Below, one piece after another: positions 8,670 through 15,867 of a stretch of 32,000 nucleotides of DNA. Under the pieces are notes generated by a model. The model was not told the DNA's origin and ran no database searches. It saw only the letters and a program-made list of their open reading frames with translations. Both the position numbers and the translations under genes were made by a program. The DNA lies in assembly GCF_001457615.1 (NCBI RefSeq), contig NZ_LN831024.1, positions 1,740,001-1,772,000 of the forward strand, given 5' to 3'. Numbering within the stretch: the first letter of the stretch is position 1; each line of letters starts with the position of its first letter. This DNA comes from Pseudomonas aeruginosa. Lineage in GTDB: Bacteria > Pseudomonadota > Gammaproteobacteria > Pseudomonadales > Pseudomonadaceae.

Positions 8670-9482
8670 TCATGCCGCCGACGAACCGAAGCCCTGGTCG
8701 GCCCCTTCGGGCAGCACCGTCACGCAGTGGGCGAACAGGTTCGAAGCGCTGCGCACCACGGTCAGCCCGCACTCGGCGAGCAGGGCGTGGAGGCAGGCGC
8801 GTGAATACGAGCGCGAGTAGAAGCCGTCGCTGCCGGTGAACACGGTGCCGTCGTCCCGCGTGTGCAACTCCAGGCCCTGCACCCCGCAACGGCGGTAGTA
8901 GCTCTGGCGGACGCGGGTGGCCTCGGCGCTGTCGCCGAACACCGAGACCACCGCCGCCACGCTGCGCTCGGCGAGGGAGTCGAGCAGCCGTTTCGGCTCG
9001 CGGAAGTTGCCCAGCAGGTTGAACGGCAGCAGGTACAGCGCGCGCGAGCCGACCGAGGCACCGCGCCTGGTGTGGTTGAGGATGTCGTCGACCACCGTGT
9101 CCGCGCGATCGCTCATGCCCTCGCGCTCGATCCGCGTGCGCAGCGTCTCGATCGCCCGCTGGTCGAGGTCGACGCCGAGATAGCGGGCATTGAGCAGGCG
9201 CGCGATTTCCAGCGCCCGGCCGTCGTAGCAGCCTAGCTCGACCAGTGCGTCGCAGCGCAGGTAGGCCATCGCCTCGAAGGTCATCAGGCTTTCCATTTGC
9301 AACAACGGCAGCACGTCGTCCGGAAAGTTGGCCAGGGTCATTATCGTCCTCGGTCCGAACTCCAGCTCGTAGAAAGCCGACTCCCGATGCGTCCCGATCG
9401 TGAGATCCATGTTCTGACTCACCTCTTCCTCCAGCGAATCTCGCTCTGGTGTTGGTTGATCGAAGGCGATGCGCGTTCCCAT
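8670..9482 (-). CDS. azeJ: SAM-dependent class I methyltransferase-fold enzyme; azetidine-2-carboxylate (AZE) synthase AzeJ
   Basis: SAM-binding motif I-like [14 protein letters not shown], followed by GVDLD and DDILN segments. The position (PA3335) matches the enzyme I recall as AzeJ. The start is ambiguous: ATG 9482 (weak SD) or ATG 9410 (MDLTIG..., GAGGTG about 9 nt upstream). Confidence 0.85.
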   Translation of the reverse strand: MGTRIAFDQPTPERDSLEEEVSQNMDLTIGTHRESAFYELEFGPRTIMTLANFPDDVLPLLQMESLMTFEAMAYLRCDALVELGCYDGRALEIARLLNARYLGVDLDQRAIETLRTRIEREGMSDRADTVVDDILNHTRRGASVGSRALYLLPFNLLGNFREPKRLLDSLAERSVAAVVSVFGDSAEATRVRQSYYRRCGVQGLELHTRDDGTVFTGSDGFYSRSYSRACLHALLAECGLTVVRSASNLFAHCVTVLPEGADQGFGSSAA

Positions 9483-9539
9483 GTCCCGGCACCGCCTTCG
9501 CCTGGCAGAGAAGTGACGGAACGCCGGCGTTCGCTGGCC

Positions 9540-9779
9540 TCAGGCGGCGCGGTGCTTCTCGACCAGCTGGAACAGTTCGTCCACCGTTTCCAGCAGGTCG
9601 AGTTCGTCGTCGACCCCGGTGACGCCGAACTCCTTGCGCAGCTTCAGCGACAGCTCGCTGACCACCAGCGAATCGAAAGCCAGGTCTTCCATCCTGCTGT
9701 CCCGGCTGATTTCCTCCTTCGGCACGCCGCTGGCGACGCTGAGCACGGTGAGGAGATGGTCTTCCATGTCGTTGGGCAT
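9540..9779 (-). CDS. Acyl carrier protein (79 aa)
   Basis: Phosphopantetheine attachment motif LAFDSLVVSEL, acidic 4-helix ACP size, and GAGGGAAG SD upstream of the ATG. Confidence 0.93.
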   Translation of the reverse strand: MPNDMEDHLLTVLSVASGVPKEEISRDSRMEDLAFDSLVVSELSLKLRKEFGVTGVDDELDLLETVDELFQLVEKHRAA

Positions 9780-9792
9780 TGTTCTTCCCTCT

Positions 9793-10785
9793 TCAGTCCA
9801 TTGTCGGAACGATCTTCGGCCAGCGCAGGGCGACCGAACCCCAGGTCAGTCCGGCACCGAAACCGGTGAGGACCATGTTGCCGCCGTCGCGCAGGATGCC
9901 TTGGCGCAGGCCGTGGGCCAGGGCCAGGGGAATCGAGGCGGCGACGGTATTGCCCACCTCGGCGATGTTGCTCACCACTCGCTCGACGGGAAGGTCGAGC
10001 TGGTCGGCGACCGCCGCGAGAATGCGTGTGTTGGCCTGGTGCGGGACCAGGTGATGGAGGTCCGAAGCTTGCCAGCCGACCCGGTCGAGCACCCGCCGCA
10101 CCGAGTCGCTCATCTGCGTCACCGCCTGGCCGAACACTGCCTTGCCGTCCATCCGGAAGTAGTTGGAGGCCTGTCCGGAACTGCGTTCGGCGCGACTGAC
10201 GGCGGGGGTCATCAGCAGGTCGAACTGGTGGCCGTCGCTGCCGAGGTCGAAGGCCAGCAGCGCGCCTTCTTCCTCGGCATCGCCGGCACGCAGCACCACC
10301 GCTCCGGCGCCGTCGCCGAACAGTGCGCGGGTCGAGCGATCGGCGGGGTCGAGGGTATGGCTGAAAGTGTCCACCCCGACCAGCAGCGCGCTGTCCGCCA
10401 GCCCGGCGCTGATCAGCGAGCCGACGCTGGCCAGGCCGTAGACGAAGCCGGTGCAGGCGGCGGACAGGTCGAACGCGAGCGCGCCGACCAACCCCAGGCG
10501 CGCCGCGACCCTGGGCGCGGTGGCCGGGCAGCAGAAGTCGCCGGTGCTGGTTGCCAGCACCACCGCATCGACTCGCTCCAGCCCCGCCGAGGCGAGCGCG
10601 GCGGAGGCCGCCCGCAGGGCCAGGTCGCCGCTGCCGAGGTCGCCGGCGATATGCCGCTGGCGCACGCCGGTGCGGCTGCTGATCCAGGCGTCGGAAGTGT
10701 CCAGCTCGGCGGCGAGCATGTCGTTGCTGAGCACGGCCTCGGGCAGGTAGCTGCCCAGGCCGCAGACCACGGCGGCGCGCGGCAT
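9793..10785 (-). CDS. fabH2: 3-oxoacyl-ACP synthase III (KAS III)
   Basis: Catalytic triad motifs are DLSAACTGFVYGL (Cys), VPHQANTRI (His) and GNTVAASIP (Asn). 330 aa. Matches recalled FabH2 (PA3333). Confidence 0.95.
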   Translation of the reverse strand: MPRAAVVCGLGSYLPEAVLSNDMLAAELDTSDAWISSRTGVRQRHIAGDLGSGDLALRAASAALASAGLERVDAVVLATSTGDFCCPATAPRVAARLGLVGALAFDLSAACTGFVYGLASVGSLISAGLADSALLVGVDTFSHTLDPADRSTRALFGDGAGAVVLRAGDAEEEGALLAFDLGSDGHQFDLLMTPAVSRAERSSGQASNYFRMDGKAVFGQAVTQMSDSVRRVLDRVGWQASDLHHLVPHQANTRILAAVADQLDLPVERVVSNIAEVGNTVAASIPLALAHGLRQGILRDGGNMVLTGFGAGLTWGSVALRWPKIVPTMD

Positions 10786-10788
10786 GGC

Positions 10789-11214
10789 TCAGGCTCCCTG
10801 GACGATCTTGGCGGCGGCCTCGACCCCGCCCAGGGCCTCGAGGTGCCGCAGCGGATTCCAGAAGTCGCGGTAGAGCAGGATCTGTCCGTCGCGGGTGCGC
10901 AGCACCGAGATGTAGTCCTGCGCCAGCTTGCCGCCGGAAACGGTGGCCACGCCGTCGCCATGGAATTCGCCGATGGCCAGGTCGGGGTCGGCGGTCTCGT
11001 AGAACTGCACGTCGGTGAAGCGCACGGTCAGGTGCTCGGGAAACAGGCGCATGTGCGCCCAGATGGTTTCGCGGCCCTCGAAGCGGGTCTTCCAGCCCGG
11101 CGGGGCGTAGGGGAATTCGAGTACGCCTTCCGGATGGAACAGGTCGCACCAGCCACGGGCATCGCCGTTTTCCAGGAGGCGCAGGCTGTGGACGAGAATT
11201 TCCTTGGCATTCAT
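10789..11214 (-). CDS. NTF2/SnoaL-like small protein (141 aa)
   Basis: MNAKEILVHSLRLLENGDARGWCDLFHPEGVLEFPY... has the size and pattern of the SnoaL/ketosteroid-isomerase fold. Start moved from 11325 to ATG 11214, which overlaps the P450 stop (ATGA). Confidence 0.75.
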   Translation of the reverse strand: MNAKEILVHSLRLLENGDARGWCDLFHPEGVLEFPYAPPGWKTRFEGRETIWAHMRLFPEHLTVRFTDVQFYETADPDLAIGEFHGDGVATVSGGKLAQDYISVLRTRDGQILLYRDFWNPLRHLEALGGVEAAAKIVQGA

Positions 11215-12467
11215 TGGGCGATCCTCTCGATCGGGTTGGCGTGGGAGGCGGTGTTCGCCGGGGCGCTGCATCCGGTGCGCACCGGCACGCTGATCAGGGC
11301 GCGGAGGAAGGTGATCGGCAGCCACTGCAGCTCCGCGTGGGGCACCGCCAACTGGAGGTCGGGGAAGCGCGCGAGCAGGCGCTGGATGGCGATCCGCCCC
11401 TCCAGCCGGGCCAGCGAGGCGCCGACGCAGTAGTGCACGCCGAAGCCGTAGCCGAGATGGCCATCGGTGTTGCGGGTGAGGTCGAGGCGGTCGGGATCGT
11501 CGAAGCGCTCGGCATCGTGGTTGGCGGTCAGGTTGGAGACCAGGATGTATTCGCCGGCGGGAATGGTGACCCCGTCCAGTTCCACGTCTTCCACGGTGAA
11601 GCGCAACATCGAGGCGCGCACCGGACTGTCGTGGCGGACCAGTTCTTCCATGGCGTTGGGCAGGAGTTCCGGCTGCGCCCGCAGCAACGCCAGTTGCTCC
11701 GGGTTGACCAGCAGGGTGACCAGCGCGTTGCCGATCATGTTCATGGTGGTCTCGAAGCCGCTCATCATCAGCAGGTGGGCCATGGAGACGAGTTCCGCTT
11801 CGCTCAACTGGCCGCTCTCGTCGGCGGCCTGCACCAGCCCGCTGTAGACGTCGTCGGCCGGCTGCCGGCGCTTGGCCTCGAGCAGCACGCGCAGGTAGTC
11901 GACCTGCGCATCGGCCAGGGCCTGGGCCTCCTCCGGCGACAGCAGTTCCGCCTGGCGCTCCCAGGACTGGCGGGCGTGTTCGCGCTCGGCCTCGGGAATG
12001 CCCAGCAGCTCGAAGATCACCGCGATGGTCAGCGGGATCGCGAAGTCGGCCATCAGGTCGGCCTGTTCGCGGCCGGCCATGGCGTCCAGCAATTCCTCGG
12101 TGATCCGTTCTATATGCGGTTGCAGGCGCTCCACCTGGCGCGGGGTGAACGCGCGGCCAACCAGCGAGCGCAGGCGGGTATGGTCCGGCGGGTCGAGGTT
12201 GAGCATGTGGTGGCTGAGTCCCTCACCGATCCCCGCGCGCGGGCTGCCGGTACGCTTCGCGTAGAGTTCGGCGGCCTGCCGGGCGTCGCGGCGGACGCCC
12301 GGATGGTTGAGGACCTTGCGCGCGTCGCGGTAGCGCGTCACCACCCACACCGGATGCTCGGCGGCGCGATGCGCGGGACGCGGCGCGCCGTCCACCTGCA
12401 GGCCGTCGTAGAGCGCGTGCAGTGGCGAGATCAGTTCCTCGCCCAGTCTCAGTTTGCGATCAGGCAC
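11211..12467 (-). CDS. Cytochrome P450
   Basis: I-helix MSGFETT, ExxR (ELVRHD), and heme loop FGFGVHYCVGASLA. The GTG start at 12467 is preceded by AAGGAGGA. Confidence 0.95.
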   Translation of the reverse strand: MPDRKLRLGEELISPLHALYDGLQVDGAPRPAHRAAEHPVWVVTRYRDARKVLNHPGVRRDARQAAELYAKRTGSPRAGIGEGLSHHMLNLDPPDHTRLRSLVGRAFTPRQVERLQPHIERITEELLDAMAGREQADLMADFAIPLTIAVIFELLGIPEAEREHARQSWERQAELLSPEEAQALADAQVDYLRVLLEAKRRQPADDVYSGLVQAADESGQLSEAELVSMAHLLMMSGFETTMNMIGNALVTLLVNPEQLALLRAQPELLPNAMEELVRHDSPVRASMLRFTVEDVELDGVTIPAGEYILVSNLTANHDAERFDDPDRLDLTRNTDGHLGYGFGVHYCVGASLARLEGRIAIQRLLARFPDLQLAVPHAELQWLPITFLRALISVPVRTGCSAPANTASHANPIERIAQ

Positions 12468-13374
12468 GTTGCTCCTCCTTCGCCGCCGGGGCGGCGGTGA
12501 CGATGGGGCGGAACATCCCGTCGATCACGCTATCGGGCAGCAGCCGCGCCAGCAGGGTACCGCGGCGCACGTCGGCGCCCACCCGGTAGCGGGTCCGCGG
12601 CTTGGCCGCGGTGAGCGCGGCATGCACCGCGGCGGCGACATCGGCGGGCTTGGTCGCGCTGTTGCGCGCGCCGTCCTCGTTGGCCTGGAGGAAGCGCAGG
12701 TAGGTATCGCGATAGAGGTCGGCGACGGCGTCGGGGGCGTCGGCCAGGGCGCGCTCGCCCTCGCTGGCGATCTTGCCCCAGATCGGCGTCCAGATCGCCC
12801 CGGGGCTGACCACCGAGACCTGGATGCCCATGGGTGCCAGCTCGCGGCGCAGGGCGTCGCTCACTCCCTCCTTGGCGAACTGCGCGGCGGAGTAGGCGCC
12901 CAGGTAGGGAATGGCGACCGAGCCGAGGCCCGAGGTGACGTTCACCAGGCGCGCCGCGCCGCCACGGCGCAGCAGCGGCAGGATCGCCCGGGTCACCGCG
13001 AGCTGGCCGATCAGGTTGACTTCCAGCTGGCGCCGCAGCAGGTCGCTGGAGACGCATTCCAGCGGCGCGGAAATGCAGATCCCGGCGTTGTTCACCAGGC
13101 CCCAGAGCCCGGTATCGCCGACTTTCTCCGCCACCTGCGCGGCGGCCCGGCCAATGGATTCCTCGTCGGTGACATCGATCAGCAGCGTGCTGATCCGGCC
13201 GGACGGGCAGGCGTTCGCCAGGCGCTCGCCATCCTCCTGGCGGCGCACCCCGGCGATCACCTGGAAACCCTGTTCGGCCAGGTGCAGCGCGGTTTCCCGG
13301 CCGAGGCCGCTGGAGGCGCCGGTGATCAGTACGTGGCGGCCCTGGGGCGAGAGAGGTTTGCTGGTGAATAACAT
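12460..13374 (-). CDS. Short-chain dehydrogenase/reductase with non-canonical active-site motif
   Basis: TGASSGLGRE cofactor motif, NNAG, Asn in EVNLIG and Ser in NVTSGLG. The expected YxxxK instead reads YSAAQFAK (Y161, Q165, K168 counted from ATG 13374). Start moved from the ORF-track 13515 to ATG 13374. Confidence 0.88.
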   Translation of the reverse strand: MLFTSKPLSPQGRHVLITGASSGLGRETALHLAEQGFQVIAGVRRQEDGERLANACPSGRISTLLIDVTDEESIGRAAAQVAEKVGDTGLWGLVNNAGICISAPLECVSSDLLRRQLEVNLIGQLAVTRAILPLLRRGGAARLVNVTSGLGSVAIPYLGAYSAAQFAKEGVSDALRRELAPMGIQVSVVSPGAIWTPIWGKIASEGERALADAPDAVADLYRDTYLRFLQANEDGARNSATKPADVAAAVHAALTAAKPRTRYRVGADVRRGTLLARLLPDSVIDGMFRPIVTAAPAAKEEQRA

Positions 13375-13375
13375 G

Positions 13376-14704
13376 TCATTGCTCCTCGAGGGCGGATCGT
13401 TGGGGGGCGTGGATCGCCGACAGCAGGGTGCCCAGGCAATCTTCGGCCAGGCGTTCGGCGCGTTCGCCGGGGACCGCTTCGTCGATATAGGTGAAGTTCC
13501 AGAACAGCCGGCCATGGCTGGAGTTGATGGCGGCCACGAAGTAGCCGTTCACCGAGATGCCGGTGAGGAACTGCGCGTCGGAGAGGCGCAAGGCGCCGAT
13601 CCGCTCGGGGAACGGATAGCGACCGATGTTGGAGGAGCACAGGTTGATCGGCCCTTCGGCTTCCATGAAGGCCATGAATGGCCGCGCGTCGGCCATGCAG
13701 CGCGGCGCAGCGCTGGCGACCAGGGTGACCAGGTTGAAATGATGGCCCTGGCGACGGCGTTCGCCGAGGTCGTCGGTGAGCGCGCGGGCGACCTCCCAGA
13801 ACGGCCGGGCGATGTCCAGCACCACCGGTACCGTGGCGACGTAGGTGCCTACTTCGTCGGGGCGCACCGGCGGCTCCAGTTCGTCGCGGAAGTCGATCGG
13901 CGAGCCGATGGCGATGTGGCTAGGGCGGCGCTGGTGGTCGTGGCCGGCGGCGATGGCCAGCGCCGCGGTCAGCGCGCCGTGTACCGTGGTGCCGTGTTCG
14001 CGGGCGCGTCGTTGCAGCTGTTCCAGCTGCGCGCCGTCCAGCTCCCGGTGGAGCAGGCGGGTACGCCGCGCTTCCAGCGGCACCGGGTTGCTCGGCTCGA
14101 TCCGGCCCGGGCGGTGGCGGCCGACCAGCGCTTCGTCCTGGGCGGTCTGCTCGGCCAGGCGCGCCGCGCCTTCGTCGCCGGTGAAGCGGCGCGGACGCAG
14201 ATCCTCCGCCGGCGGCAGGGCGCTGGCGGTCCAGGGTTGCGCGGCGGGGTCGGCGGCCAGGGTCAGCCATTGTTCGGCGAGGGTCAGCACGGTAGTGCCG
14301 TCGGCGATGATGTGCGGTACCACGACCAGCAGGTCGTGGGCGCCGGCGTCGGTGGCGATCGCCACGGTACGGATCAGTGGCCCGCTGTCCGGATCGATGC
14401 GTTCCGGCAATTCGCGCTCGTTGATTTCCCGCAGCCATTGCTCCTCGCCGCCGCCGCGCACCTCGCGCAGCGGGATGGGCCGCTCGCAGGGCACCCAGCG
14501 CGGATCGAGCCCGGCATCGTGCTCGATCCGCGCGCGCAGCAGCGGATGCCGCGCCTGCAGCGCGTCGAGGCCGCGGCGCAGGTCGTCGATGGACAACCGG
14601 CCATGGACCCGCACCCGGGAAATCACGTTCAGCGCGGAGAACTGGTCGCTGAGCCAGTACCAGCGTTCCACCGCGGACAGCGGGCGTCGTATCTCGGCCA
14701 TCAT
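13376..14704 (-). CDS. Free-standing condensation-domain-like acyltransferase (HxxxDG), 442 aa
   Basis: VVVPHIIADGTTVLTL contains the HxxxDG catalytic motif of the NRPS C / PapA5 / WS-DGAT superfamily. The size equals one C domain. Start MMAEIRRPLSAVERWYW at ATG 14704 overlaps the upstream stop (ATGA). The 168 codons upstream in the ORF track are R/P/G-rich junk that overlaps the monooxygenase gene. Confidence 0.8.
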   Translation of the reverse strand: MMAEIRRPLSAVERWYWLSDQFSALNVISRVRVHGRLSIDDLRRGLDALQARHPLLRARIEHDAGLDPRWVPCERPIPLREVRGGGEEQWLREINERELPERIDPDSGPLIRTVAIATDAGAHDLLVVVPHIIADGTTVLTLAEQWLTLAADPAAQPWTASALPPAEDLRPRRFTGDEGAARLAEQTAQDEALVGRHRPGRIEPSNPVPLEARRTRLLHRELDGAQLEQLQRRAREHGTTVHGALTAALAIAAGHDHQRRPSHIAIGSPIDFRDELEPPVRPDEVGTYVATVPVVLDIARPFWEVARALTDDLGERRRQGHHFNLVTLVASAAPRCMADARPFMAFMEAEGPINLCSSNIGRYPFPERIGALRLSDAQFLTGISVNGYFVAAINSSHGRLFWNFTYIDEAVPGERAERLAEDCLGTLLSAIHAPQRSALEEQ

Positions 14705-15867
14705 TCGACTCCTGGGAAGGTCAGTGCCAGTTCGTTCTGCCGGGCGAAGGTTCGCTCCGGAGCGAAGCGGAAGTAGAGATCGCGGGCGACGGTGCGCAGC
14801 GGATGCTCCAACTGCTCGATGCGGCTCAGCGCCCGCGAGGTCTCGACCATCGCCCTGGCGCGGTCGCGACGGCGGTTCTCGTAGGCGCGCAGGGCGGCTT
14901 GCGGGTCGTCGATGGTGGCCAGGCAGTGGGCCAGCACCGCGGCGTCTTCGATGGCGATGGCGGCGCCCTGGCCGAGGCTGGTCAGCATCGGATGCGCGGC
15001 ATCGCCGAGCAGGGTCACCGGGCCGTCGCCCCAGCGCTCCAGGAACGGTCGGTCCTGGGCCGGCAGGCTGCTGATGTCGGCCTCCGGGGTCGCCTCGATG
15101 ACCGCCTGCACTTCGTCGGCCCAGCCGGCGTAGAGGCGCTGGATGCCCGCCTTGCCGCCGCGCCAGTCCTTCGCCTGTTCGGCCGGCATGTTGCGGGTGC
15201 CCCACCAATAGACGTTGCCTTCGCCGATGTCGGCGAGACCGAAGCGCTGCCCACGACCCCAGTAATGGGCGACGTAGCCCGGCGTCACCTTCGGATGGCG
15301 GAACGCCGGCGTGGCGCGCCAGATCACGTAGTGCCAGTCGGTGGGACGCTCCGGGCCGGTCATGGTGGCGCGGATCGCCGAGTTGAAGCCGTCGGCGCCG
15401 ATCAGCACGTCGGCGTGCACTTCGCGGCCATCGCTGCAGAGCACGGTGACGCCTTCGCCGTCGGCGTGGCGCAGGTAGCCGGTGGCGCTCACGCCCAGTT
15501 CGATGCGGCAGTCGCGGGCCTGTTCCAGCAGCGCCTGCTGCAGGCTTGCGCGGTGGATCGCCAGGCTCGGCTGGCCGAGCTGACGGGCCAGGCCGCCGAA
15601 GTCGATGGCGCGGATCGGTCGCCCGCGCCGGGTGAGGAACCGTAGCGAGTCGAAGGCCTGGGCGCGGGTAAGGTCAGGGCGCACGCCGACCCTCTCCAGG
15701 GCGGTCAGCGCGTTGGGCATCAGCGACAGCGCCGAGCCGACCGCGCGCAGCTCCCTGGCCCGCTCGTAGAGTTCGACCTCGAAGCCGGCGGCCTTCAGGC
15801 AGGCGGCCGCGGCGAGCCCGCCGATGCCGGCGCCGGCGATGACGATCTTCAGGGGATGTCTGCTCAT
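14701..15867 (-). CDS. FAD-dependent (class A) flavoprotein monooxygenase
   Basis: GAGIGGLAAA (GxGxxG), GADGFNSAIR (DG motif) and GDAAHPMLTSLGQGAAIAIEDA (GD motif). The ATG overlaps the NRPS stop (ATGA at 15864-15867). Confidence 0.93.
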   Translation of the reverse strand: MSRHPLKIVIAGAGIGGLAAAACLKAAGFEVELYERARELRAVGSALSLMPNALTALERVGVRPDLTRAQAFDSLRFLTRRGRPIRAIDFGGLARQLGQPSLAIHRASLQQALLEQARDCRIELGVSATGYLRHADGEGVTVLCSDGREVHADVLIGADGFNSAIRATMTGPERPTDWHYVIWRATPAFRHPKVTPGYVAHYWGRGQRFGLADIGEGNVYWWGTRNMPAEQAKDWRGGKAGIQRLYAGWADEVQAVIEATPEADISSLPAQDRPFLERWGDGPVTLLGDAAHPMLTSLGQGAAIAIEDAAVLAHCLATIDDPQAALRAYENRRRDRARAMVETSRALSRIEQLEHPLRTVARDLYFRFAPERTFARQNELALTFPGVE

